DNA from: Malacoraja senta
Lineage: Eukaryota
Direction of reading: 5' to 3'
DNA length: 64,000 bases
Assembly: GCA_038087875.1 (NCBI GenBank)
Contig: CM075988.1
Coordinates: 22,260,001-22,324,000, forward strand
Shown here piece by piece: positions 38,650-51,652 of this stretch (its first letter is position 1; each line of letters begins with the position of its first letter). Below the pieces are notes generated by a model. It did no database searches, was not told the DNA's origin, and saw nothing but the letters and a program-made list of their open reading frames with translations. The position numbers and the translations under genes are program-made.

Positions 38650-41600
38650 TGTGCCTGTATCCCTGTGCTGTGTGTGTGTCTCTGCCTGTATCCCTGTGCT
38701 GTGTCACTGTGCCTGTATTCCTGTGTGTGCTGTGTCTCTATGCCTGTATCCCTGTGCTGTGTGTGTGTGTGTCTCTATGCCTGTATCCCTGTGCTGTGTG
38801 TGTGTGTGTGTCTCTGTGCCTGTAACCCTGTGCTGTGTCTCTGTGCCTGTATCCCTGTGCTATGTGTGTGTCTCTCTGCCTGTAACCCTGTGCTGTGTGT
38901 GTGTGTGTGTGTGTGTGTCTCTGTGCCTGTATCCCTGTGCTGTGTGTGTGTGTCTCTGTGCCTGTATCCCTGTGCTGTGTCTCTGTGCCTGTATCCCTGT
39001 GCTATGTGTGTGTCTCTCTGCCTGTAACCCTGTGCTGTGTGTGTGTGTGTCTCTGTGCCTGTATCCCTGTGCTGTGTCTCTGTGCCTGTATCCCTGTGCT
39101 GTGTGTGTGTGTGTGTGTGCTGTGTCTCTGTGCCTGTATCCCTGTGCTGTGTGTGTGTGTGTCTCTGTGCCTGTATCCCTGTGCTGTGTCTCTGTGCCTG
39201 TGTCCCTGTGCTGTGTCTCTGTGCCTGTATCCCTGTGCTGTGTGCTGTGTGTGTGTGTGTGTGTCTCTGTGCCTGTAACCCTGTGCTGTGTGTGTGTGTG
39301 TCTCTGTGCCTGTATCCCTGTGCTGTGTCTCTGTGCCTGTATCCCTGTGCTCGCGCCTGTGTGTGAAAGCCAGGCATCAAACACTGTTGTCCCTGACGTT
39401 TGCCTGTGTTGCCTGCCTCCAGATAAGATTGTCTTTGACCCGTCCAAGTGCCGCCTGTGGCGGGCGGTCCACTTGGAGCAGGAGCTGATCACGCACGGAG
39501 TGGAGGACATCTCCTTCTTGCTGTACCGCCTGAAGCTGAAGAGGTTTCTGTCGGAGGGGGACCAGGAGGAGGTGGAGAAGCAGAGCACTGGGCCGTCCAA
39601 GCTCGACGCACTCCTGCAAATTGTGTTGAAAAAGAACTCCAACCTGGAGATCCGCAAGTTCACGTCCGTGCTGGTTGCCATCGACGGGCTTAAGCCAGAG
39701 CTTTCCAAGTGGGTCCAGAACCTGGAGGAGATGGGTACGTTAGATCTCTGCCTGCTGACTTGTATGCAATAAAAAATAATTTGGTCTTAGAATTATAGAA
39801 CATAGAACACAGAACAGTGCGGGCGGTCACAGTGGCGCAGCGGTAGAGTTGCTGCCTTACAGCGAATGCAGCGCCAGAGACCCGGGTTCGATCCTGACTA
39901 CGGGCGCTGTCTGTACGGAGTTTGTACGTTCTCCCCGTGACCTGCGTGGGTTTTCTCCGAGATCTTCGGTTTCCTCCCACGCTCCAAAGACGTACAGGTT
40001 TATAGGTTAATTAGCTTGGTAAATGTAAAATTTGTCCCTCGTGGGTGTAGGATAGTGTTAATGTGAGGGGATCGCTGGTCGGCGCGGACCAGGTGGGCCG
40101 AAGGGCCTGTTTCTGCTCTGTATCTTTAAATTGAACTAAACTAAAGGGACAAAAAGCTGGAGTAACAGCGGGTCATAGGGTCAAAAAGTGATAGGAGCAG
40201 GATTAGGCCATTCGGCCCATCGAGTCTACTCCACCATTCAATCATGGCCTGATCTATCTCCCCCTCCAAACCCCATTGGACGACAGATGGCGCAATGGGC
40301 TAAGTGTTCGGCTGGCAACCGGAAGGTAGCCGGTTCGAATCCCGCTTGGAGTGCATACTGTCGTTGTGTCCTTGGGCAAGACACTTCACCCACCTTTGCC
40401 TGCGTGTGAATGTTGATATGTTGATATCAACATATGGATATGGATAATTCTCTGTAAAGCACTTTGGTTTCAAGTGATTTGATTGAAAAGTGCTATATAA
40501 ATACAAATATTATTATAATATTATTATTATTCTCCTGCCTTCTCCCCATAACCTCTGATGGATGAAGTATGGGGCCACCCGTCCTTTTTCTCCAGAGATG
40601 CTGCCTGATCAGCTGAGCCACTCCAGCACTTTGCATCTACCCTTGAGTATAAACCATTGTCTGCAGTTCTTTGTTTCTACTTCTCAGTTGAAGTTACAAA
40701 TCCTTTGCTGGTGTCCCCGTGTCCACTTTTTTTAGAAGGTCCACTGCCAGCACGACATGAACTCCATGCAAGGGGGAATACCACGGCTCTACAGTAATGA
40801 ACGAGACCAAAGTATAAATGGGGAAACAGATGTGGCCTGTTGACTTCAATATCGGCCGCATAGTTTTTCAGGTCCCGGGTGACATTTTGCAGGCCAATTA
40901 TGTTTGCATCATCTTCTGGGATGTCTTCGTGTTTGGGGTTGTGGCGGGTTAGGAACTGGGCCAGGAAATTGATGGGGTGAAAGTAAAGCCCCTGTCCCAC
41001 TTAGGAGACCTAAACAGCAACCTCTGGTGACCTTGCCCGCCACCCAAAAAAAAAAAATCAAGGTCGAGGTGACCTGCAACCTCCTACCACCTCCCAGGCA
41101 TATGTTGAAAACCTTCCTCCACTATGAAGAAAACCGGCTTCGACTAGACCTGCGACTAAAAAATAATAGATTTTTTTAAACGGCAACCTATTTTTAATCG
41201 AGGCCGGTTTTAATCACGATGAAAAAAATAGCAGCAACCTAGATGAAGCCTCGACCACGCGGAAACCACTTTCGACCATTAGGGAGAGTGACCAAAACCT
41301 CCGGTGACCTCATGGAAACCTTGGGTGGCGGGCAAGGTCACAAGAGGTTGCTGTTTAGGTCTCCTAAGTGGGACAGGGGCTTAACCCAGCGTAACCCACC
41401 CAGGAGACCCTGTTCCTTTTCTCCAGAGACGCTGCTTGTCCCGCTGAGTTACTCCAGCTTTTTGTGTCTACCTTCGGTTTAAACCAGCATCTGCAGTTCA
41501 AGTCCAGTTTAGTCAAGTCTATTTGTCACATTCGCATACGAGATGTGCAGTGAAATGAAAAGTGCAGTGAAAAAAGTTCCTTCCTACACATAGAACAGCA

Positions 41601-44600
41601 CAGCACAGGCCCTTTGGCTCACATTGTCTATGCCAAACATGACACCAAGTTAAACTAATCTCGTCTGCCTGCATGCATCCTTGTGCCTATCCAAAAGCCT
41701 CTTGCATGCCATTATTGTATCTGCTCTCAACACCACCCCTCGCTGCACGTTCCAGGCACCCACCTGTGTGTGTGAAATGCAATTCACCTGCACATCTCCT
41801 TTAAATTTGTTCCTCTGACCTGTAAAGTACAGTCTTAACGGCCTTAGTGGTGCTGGGTCAGGGTTCAGGGGTCAGCCTGGCCTGGCGATGCTCTTGACCT
41901 CCCCTCTGGTTGGTTGCTGCAACATTATTCTATTAGCATAGAGGGTGTTAGAGGGTCAGCATGGATCTAGTGGGCTGAAGGGCCTGTTTCCGTGCTGCAT
42001 CTCTCTCTACCACTATGCAAACTATAGTTTAGTTTTATTGTCACATGTACTGTGGTGAAAAGGTTTTGTTGCATGCTAACCCCAGTCAGCGGAAAGATTA
42101 CACTGAAGGGTCTCGAGCCGAAACATCACTTATGCCTTCTCTCCAGAGATGCGGCCTTTTGTGTCTATCTCCAGCGGAAAGACTATATACATGATTACAA
42201 TCCAGCCATCCACAGCGTACAGACACATGATAAAGGGAATAACGTTTAGCGTAAGGTATAGTCCGATGAAAGATAGTCTGAGGATCTCCAATAAATGCCA
42301 GGTAGACAAAAATACTGGGGAAACTCAGCGGGTGAGGCAGCATCTATGGAGCGAAGGAATAGGTGACCTTTCGGGTCAGGCTGATGTGGGGTGGGGTGGG
42401 GGGGGGGGGGGCGGGAAGATGAAAGGAAGAGGCGGAGACAGTGGGCTGAGGGAGAGCTGGGAATGGGAGGGGAAGGAGGGAGAAAGCAGGGACTACCTGA
42501 AATTGGAGAAGTGAATGTTCATACCGAAGGTAGACAAAAGTGCTGGAGAAACTCAGCGGGTGCGGCAGCATCTATGGAGCGAAGGAAATAGGCAACGTTT
42601 CGGGCCGAAACCCTTCTTCAGACTGATGTTCATACCGCTGGGGTGTAAACTACCCAAGCGAAATATGAGGTGCTGCTCCTCCAATTTGCGGTGGGACTTC
42701 CGTCTACTCCAATGAATGCTAATACTGTGCAATGTTTTTTTTTCTTGCTGTGAAGGGAACAGCTGTGCGGATAGTTTCTTGTACCTGTACCTGGAGGTGT
42801 TGGCTGAGCCACTGAGTGGCCTCCCATTGAGGGACCTTATTTACAGCCTGCAGACCCGGAACATTCTGACGGACGTGGAGAATGACCTCCTGATGAAGAC
42901 CTCCCCCCTGCACCGAGGGCAGCGGCTGCTGGAGGTCATCGTCTACATGAAGTCGGCCGCCGAGAAGGCAGAGTTTGTCTTCCTGCTGGAGGAAGAGCGG
43001 AGCTCGTTTCCCACGCTGAGGAGATGCCTGGATGAGCTCCAGCAGGAGTTTGAGAAGCTGCGTAAGTGGGGGCTGCCGCAGGGTAACGTCGATCAGCCTC
43101 GCGGTTGAGCTGCCGCCCCGCAGCGCCACAGACCCGGGTTCGATCCCTACCGCGGGTGCTGTCTGTACGGAGTTTGCACGTTCTCCCCGTGACCCGCGTG
43201 GGTTTTCTCCTGGCGCTCCAGTTCCCCTCCCCCCCCCCCCCCCCCCCCACTCCAAAGACGTCCAGGTTTGTAGGTTAATCTTCTTCTTGCATATGGCGTT
43301 CACAGCCTAAAGATGAAAGGAAGAGGCGGAGTCGGGGCTGTGGGAGAGCTGGGGAGGGGAGGGGAAGGAGGGAGAAAGTAGGGACTACCTGAAATTGTAG
43401 ATCAATGGTGGACATCCAGGCCAGGGCAGCATCAGTTACTGGATGGATGGCTGGGAGATTGCAACCTTCACGTGGCTGGGAGATTGCAACCTTCACGTGA
43501 TCCACCCTGTTTCGACTAATGCAATCAACCCAACGTCCACAAACAAATAGATGTAGGTTAATTGGTTTGGTGTTAAATGTACAAATCGTCCCTAGTGTGT
43601 GTGTGTAGGGTAGTGTTAGTGTGCGGGGATCGCTGGTTGATGCGGAGTTGGTGGGCCGAAGGGCCTGTTTCCGCGCTGTATCTCTGAACTAAAAAACTAA
43701 ACTACACATGTTGTAGACTAGAGCATGAACGGGCAGCTGGGGGAGCTCGGCAGGTCGGGCAGCATCTGTGGAGGCAGTGCTGTGGTCAATGCTTTGGGCT
43801 GAGACCCTGCATCAGGACCTCTCCCTGCACTGTTCTGTGCCCTGCATCAATAACTGGAGGCAGTACATGATCTATTACTTTAATTGTGCAAAGTGTAAGG
43901 ATGAACATAGGAAGATATTAATAGAGCCACTATTATCATCGCCCAACCTTACTTCCTGTCTGAAGAAGGGTCCTGACCCGAAACGTCACCTATTCTTTTT
44001 CTCCAGAGATGCCGCCCGACCCGCTGAGATGTGGAGTCATACAACGTGGAATCAGGCCCACACCGACCAACATGCCCCAACTACACGAGTAATCATAGAA
44101 ACATAGAAAATAGGTGCAGGAGGAGGCCATTCGGCCCTTCGAGCCAGCACCGCCATTCATTGTGATCATGGCTGATCGTCCCCTATCAATAACCCGTGCC
44201 TGCCTTCTCCCTATATCCCTTGACTCCACTAGCCCCTAGAGCTCTATCTAACTCTCTCTTAAATCCATCCAGTGATTTGGCCTCCACTGCCCTCTGTGGC
44301 AGGGAATTCCATAAATTCACAACTCTCTGGGTGAAAAAGTTTTTCTCACCTCAGTCTTAAATGACCTCCCCTTTATTCTAAGAGTGTGGCCCCTGGTTCT
44401 GGACTCGCCCAACATTGGGAACATTTTTCCTGCATCTAGCTTGTCCAGTCCTTTTATAATTTTATTTGTTTCTATAAGATTCCCCCTCATCCTTCTAAAC
44501 TCCAGTGAATACAAGCCTAGTCTTTTCAATAGCCTAGTCTAATCGATGCCGAAACTCGTTGATGCTGAATCTACACTAGTCCTACCTGTTTGCATTTGGC

Positions 44601-47600
44601 CGATGTCCCTCTAAACTTATCCTATCCATGTACACGTCTAAATGTTTTTTAAATGTTGTTATAGAACCTGAACTACCTCCTCTGGCAGCTCATTCCATAC
44701 ACCCATCACCCTTTGTGTGAAATATAATGTTTCCCCCTTGGGGTTCTATTAAATCTTCCCCCCCCCCCCCCTCACCTTAAACCCACGACTTCTGGTTCTC
44801 GATTCCCCTACTCTGGGCAAAAGACTGTGCATTTAACCCGATATATTCCTCTCAAGACACACACATCCTCTCATGACTATTCCTCCATCACACACACACA
44901 CACACACACACACAACCACACCAACCTTCCTTCCATTGACTCCATTTATGATCTCACGCTACCTCGGCAAGGCCAGCAGCACAATCAAGGGCCAGTCTCA
45001 CCCCGGTCACTCCCTCTTCTCCCCTCTCCCGTCAGGCCAGAGGAATAGAAGTGTGAAAATGCACACCTCCAGATTCATGGACAGTTTCTCCTCAGCTGTT
45101 ACCAGGCAACTGAACCATCCTATCACAACTGGAGAGTACTCTGAGCTACTATCTACTTCATTGGAGACCCTCAGACTATCTTTGATCGGACTCTCTCTTG
45201 GGAAAACGGTTTTTATGTTAATCCTATATCCTGTATCTGTACACTGTTGGTGGCTCGATTGTAATCATGTATTGTCTTTCCCGCTGACTGGTTAGCACGC
45301 AACAAATGCTTTTCACTGTACCTCGGTACACAGGACAATAAACTAAACTCAACTCCACATCTCCTTTCCTTGGATACTCCATATCCATGAGCTTATCTGA
45401 AAGCCTTTTAAACACTAGTATCACTGCCTCTGGACACTATCAACCTGAAACGTCACCCGTTCCTTCTCTCCCGAGATGATGCCTGACCCGCTCAGTTACT
45501 CCAGCATTTTGTGTCTATCTTCGGTGTGAACTGGCATCTGCAGTTCCTTCCTACAATTTTTTTAATTTAATTTTTTTAATTTTTTATTAGAAGCAATTGT
45601 ACAGAGATAAAACATTCGGTATCTAAAAATAATACAATTATTGTACAGCTTCATTTTTAGCCTTATAACCTAAACTATGAAAATGAAAAAAGAAAAGAAA
45701 ACGATAAACAAGAAAGAAAAAAAATAGAAAGTGAAAAGATAGATTGAAGAAGAACAAAAGAAAGTCCCCTAAACTGCCACAGAAGTGTGGCAGAGAGATA
45801 TAGAAATAAAAAAATTAAAAAAGAAAGGTGGAGATATACCTGCCCCTCGTTCCCCCCCCCACCCCGCCCACCTCACCCAACCCAGCATCGGATTCAAATT
45901 TAAATTTGTGTTTCACCATACTATTGTTGTAAGACATGTAAAGGGTGTCCATATCTTAAGAAATGATCTGTTTTTTCCGCCAAGACAAGCCTAATGCTTT
46001 CCAAATGTAGTGTCTCGAACATGTTTGTGATCCACATCTTCACTGTAGGGACCGTTGTCTGTTTCCAAAATTTAAGTATTAATTTTTCGCCGTTATCAGG
46101 CCATAGTTGAGGAAACGTCTTTGAAATATCGTTAGCTCAGAACAGGCCTCTGACATACCTAGTGTGATCGGTTTTATGTCGGGATCCAATTTAGTTTAGT
46201 TTCCTACATATGATGACTATCTTATTCACGGCGGCTGTCCTTTCACCCGCAGGTTACGGATATATCCCGCGTTTCAAGAGGTACGTCCCGCTGAAGAGGC
46301 TGCGCAAACGCGAGGACCTGCCGGCGGAAGAGCAGAACTCCTACTGCAACTTCTTCCGCCTGATGTACCTCATCATCCTGGAGGGGGACGCGGATGGCTC
46401 AGAAGGTGTTTGCCGAGCGGGTGGCCCCGGCCGACCTGCGGGCGGAGATCGGCAAGCTGAAGAAGGCGGAGCTGCACCGGAGCTTCCGCGAGTTCCAGAC
46501 CACCTTCGCCTCGCACTCGGACTGGGGGCTGCTGTACCCGCCCAGGGCCGCCCGCCTGGACTTCCAGAAGTACGACGTCACCCTCCTGGTCTTCCTGATG
46601 ACGCACGTGCGGGCCTTCCCGCAACCCCGCCGCGGCTGGTGGGCCGAGCCCCCCCCCGACGACCACTCCAAGTCGGCCAGCCTGCTCCGCCTGCTCTACC
46701 TGCGCCGCCGGCTGGTGCTCCGGGACGGTTACCTCGGCGTGCCCGAGGAGGAGTTCCTGGACATCTGGCACAAGGCAAGCAGTGCCTCTGCCACCTCGGC
46801 AAGGACCCGGAGGAGATCGAGGACATCATGTTCACGCCCGGCTACCTGCTGTGGAGGGACCACAAGCAGATCGCAGAACTCATGGGGAAACAATGTGTGG
46901 AGTTGACCGGACAGTACATGATGGCCATGAAAGCCCATCTACGTAAGGACCCATCCCAATCCCGTGGGCCATCCTGCTGCAGATGTGCAGGGCAGGTTTC
47001 TCTCACACAAGAGGGTGGTGGCGGTGGTAGTGGAGGCAGATACAATAGTGGCAGTTGTACAGGGCCCTAGTGAGACCACACCTGGAGTATTGTGTGCAGT
47101 TTTGGTCCCCTAATTTGAGGAAGGACATTCTTGCCATTGAGGGAGCGCAGCGTAGGTTTACAAGGTTAATTCCCGGGATGGCGGGACTGTCATATGCTGA
47201 GAGAATGAAGCAGCTGGGCTTGTATACTCTGGAATTTAGAAGGATGAGAGGGTATCTCATTGAAACATATAAGATTGTTAAGGGTTTGGACACGCTAGAG
47301 GCAGGAAACACGTTCCCGATGTTGGGGGAGTCCAGAACCAGGGACCACAGTTTAAGAATAAGGAGTAAGCCATTTAGAACGGAGACGAGGAAACACTTTT
47401 TCTCACAGAGAGTGGTGAGTCTGTGGAATTCTCTGCCTCAGAGGGCGGTGGAGGCCGGTTCTCTGGATGCTTTCAAGAGAGAGCTAGATAGGGCTCTTAA
47501 AAATAGCGGAGTCAGGGGATATGGGGAGAAGGCAGGAACGGGGTACTGATTGGGGATGATCAGCCATGATCACATTGAATGGCGGTGCTGGCTCGAAGGG

Positions 47601-50600
47601 CCGAATGGCCTACTCCTGCACCTATTGTCTATTGTTTAAGGGTGGTGGGTGCCTGGAAGGTGCTGCCAGGGGCGGTGGTGGTGGTAGTGGAGGCAGGTAC
47701 AATAGTGGTGTTTGGGGCAAGAGTCTTTCAGACTCGGGGCATGTGGATGTGGATCACCTGCAGGCGGTGGAGATAGATGGTGTCAAGTAGGAATTGGTGC
47801 AGCAAAGATTTACCCCGATGTTGCAAGGACTCCAGGGACTGAGCTATATTGGGAGAGGTTGAGCAGCTGCCGACTCTGTTTACCAAAATGCTCAAAATAA
47901 GTTCATAACTCATAGGATCAGAGGTCATTTGGCCCATTGAGTCTACTCTGCCATTCAATCATGGCTGATCAATCTTTCCCTCTCGCCCCCCATTCTCCTG
48001 CCTTCTCCCTATAACCAAAGAACTGGAGTAACTCAGCAGGTCAGGCGACATCTCTGGAGAACACAAGATGGGAGATGTTCTGTGTTGAGACCCTTCTTCG
48101 GACCGTCTTCGAGACCATGTTCTCCCAGAGATGCTGCCTGACCTGCTGAGTTAGTCCTTTTGGGAAGTGTGGGAGGTTGGCAGAGTTGGGAATCATCCTC
48201 TGGCATGGTCTGAAAGACACAAAATGNNNNNNNNNNNNNNNNNNNNNNNNNNNNNNNNNNNNNNNNNNNNNNNNNNNNNNNNNNNNNNNNNNNNNNNNNN
48301 NNNNNNNNNNNNNNNNNNNNNNNNNNNNNNNNNNNNNNNNNNNNNNNNNNNNNNNNNNNNNNNNNNNNNNNNNNNNNNNNNNNNNNNNNNNNNNNNNNNN
48401 NNNNNNNNNNNNNNNNNNNNNNNNNNCAGACTCTAGGATTCGGGGGCTCTCCCCAGGCCCTCATTCTGAAAGGTCTCGAACCCGAAACGTCACCCATTCC
48501 TTTCCTGCATAGATGCTGCCTGTCCTGTCCGAGTTACTCCAGCACTTTGTGTCAATCTTTCGGTAAACCAGCACCTGCAGTTCCTTCCTACTCATCGCTG
48601 TGCTGTAGATTGGTTTCAGCCACTGAGCACTCTTTGGTGGTCATGACTGCCACCCAGTGGTGGATTGAAGATCAACAGTGCTGAATGGCTTGGACATGAT
48701 CAATCCCTTGATGGGCCCTCTTCAGCCTGTTGTTGAATATGGCTGGTAGGGTCGAACATAGGGGCCTAGTTGGGGAATACATCAACTTTATTCCCCGGAA
48801 CGCTGGAGGCTGAGGGGTGATCCTACAGAGGTGTATAAAAATCATGAGAGGAATAGATCGGGTGAATGCTTTTACCCGAAGGTAGACAAAAATGCTGGAG
48901 AAACTCAGCGGGTGCGGCAGCATCCATGGAGCGAAGGAAATAGGCAACGTTTCAAGCCAAAACCCTTCTCCAAAACCCGCTTTTACCCGGAGTAGGGGAA
49001 TCAAGAACCAGAGGACATAGGTTTAAGGGAAGAGGGGAAAGATTTAATGGGAACCTGAGGGACAACTTTTTCCACACACAAGGTGTAAGGAACGAGCTGC
49101 CAGAAGAGGTAGTTGAGGCAGGGACTATCACAGCGTTTAAAAGGCATTTGGACAGGTACATGGATAGGAACATATCGGTGCGGTCTCGGTGGGCCGAAGG
49201 GCCTGTTTCGGCACTGTATCTCTCAACTAAACTAAAACTAAGATGGAGCATCACGGATGAGAGGGGCCGAAGGGCCTGTTTCTGTGACGTTTGCCTGTGA
49301 TACATGCATCGATCTGAGGTGTTATAGTCATAGAGTGGTACAGTGTGGAAACAGGCCCTTCGGCCCAACTTGCCCACACCGGTCAACATGACCCAGCTAC
49401 ACCTCCATATCCCTCCAAACCTGTCCTATCCATGTACCTGTCTAACTGCTTCATAAACATTGGGATAGCCCCAGCCTCAACTACCTCCTCTGGCAGCTGG
49501 TTCCATACACCCACCACCCTCTGTGTTTATGCTCCCTTCTGCAGCAACAAGCAGCGGAGACACTGAAACTGAAGCAGGAGGCGGAGAATGAGCGGAAAGT
49601 GCAGCAAGGCGACAAGCAGCTTCTTCAGAACCAGATCAAAAGCCTGCAGGAGACCCTGCTGGGCACGGAGGAGCTGCTGAAAACGTGAGCTGTGGCTTTA
49701 GCCCGCGTCCATTGACATTTAGACATACATGATACAGCGCGGAAACAGGCCCTTCGGCCCATCGGGTCCGAGCCGACCAGCGGGCCCCGCACATTAACAC
49801 TATACACACACACGCACTAGGGGACAATTTTTACATTTACCAAGCCAATTAACCTACAAACCTGCACGTCTTTGGAGTCTGGGAGGAAACCGAAGATCTC
49901 GGAGAAAACCCACGTAGGTCATGGGGAGAACGTGCAAACTCCGTACAGACAGCACCCGTGGTCACGATCGAACCGGTTCTCCGGCGCTGCATTCGCTGTA
50001 AAGCAGCAACTCTACCGCTGCGCCACCGTGACCGCCCGGAGGTCAAACGTGGCCTTTCTTTATGAGTAGAAACTTCTTTAGTCAGAGGGTGGTGAATCTG
50101 TGGAACTCTTTGCCACAGACGGCTGTGGAGGCCAAGTCAGTGGATATTTTTAAGGCAGAGATAAATAGATTCTTGATTAGTACGGGTGTCAGGGGTTACG
50201 GGGAGAAGGCAGGAGAATGGGGTGAGGAGGGAGAGATAGATCAGTCATGATTGAATGGCGGGGTAGACTTGATGGGCCGAATGGCCTAATTTGACTCCTG
50301 CCACTTATGACATGTAGATCCCGCTCACCGTCAAGAGGCTGATCTCTGCTTCCTAATCCCATTTTCCTGCCTTCCCCCCCATAACCCTTGACACCCGTTC
50401 TAATCAAGAATTTGTCTGTCTCTGCCTTAAAAACATCCACTGACTTGGCCTCAACAGCAATGAGTTCCACAGAATAACTACCCTCTAACTAAAGAAGTTC
50501 CTCCTCACCTCCTTTGTAATAGCGCGCCCTTTAATTCTGAGGCTGTGCCCTCTGGTCCTCAATCTCCCACCAGGGAAAACATCCTGTCCACATCCACTCT

Positions 50601-51360
50601 ATCGATGTAAGTTTCAATGAGGCCCCCCCCTCCACCATTTAAACTTGGCCTCCACAGCCGCCTGTGGCAATGAGTTCCACGGTTGGTTGGCGTAATGATC
50701 CCGGTGTTTGGGTGACGGAGCTCGGCGGGGGGGGGGGGGGGGGGCCGGGCCGGGTAGAGTTGGACAGACTGTAACTGCGATCACTCTGTGCAGGTCGGAG
50801 AAGCAGATCAAGGCTCAAGTGCAAGAACTGGAGGAGCTGAAGAGTCGCACTCAGCAGGACCAGTGAGTAGCAGATGCAAGGTGGCCTCAATGTAACATAG
50901 AGTCACCTAGCCTGGTAACGGGCCCTTCAGCCCAACTTGCCCACACCGACCAACATGCCCCATCTGCACCAGTCCCACCTACCTGCGTTTGGCCCATATC
51001 CCTCTAAACCTGTCCTATCCATGTACCTGTTTAAACGTTGTGATAGTCCCTGCCTCAACTACCTCCTCTGGCAGCTCGTTCCACACACCCACCCACCGCC
51101 CTCTGTGTGAGGGTGTGGACATGCAGCGTTACAAAGTGGGGATCCTTCTTATGACTGACTGGAGCCGTTTGCTCCCCTGTTTCACAGGGAACAGTGGGCG
51201 CAGGAGAAGACCCGGCTGGAGCGGCAGTCGGCAAAGAGCAAGGACGAGTTCATCGAGGCCATGCGGCGGGCCATGTCCGCAGAGGTACCGCGCTAATTCA
51301 GCCACCGCGGGCACCGCACGGCTCGCAGTGTATATTAAACACACACACACACACACACAG

Positions 51361-51391
<31 letters not shown>

Positions 51392-51392
51392 G

Positions 51393-51476
<84 letters not shown>

Positions 51477-51503
51477 ACACACACACACACACAGACACAC
51501 ACA

Positions 51504-51550
<47 letters not shown>

Positions 51551-51605
51551 AGACACACACAGACACACACAGACACACACAGACACACACACACACACAC
51601 AGACA

Positions 51606-51652
<47 letters not shown>

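Noticed and set aside
38369..39422. 467-aa Cys/Val-rich ORF that looks like a metallothionein or keratin-associated protein
   Set aside because: Translation of the TG minisatellite; only 39423-39734 is a real exon.
39821..39905. tRNA-like sequences with A and B boxes
   Set aside because: Heads of V-SINE copies, not tRNA genes.
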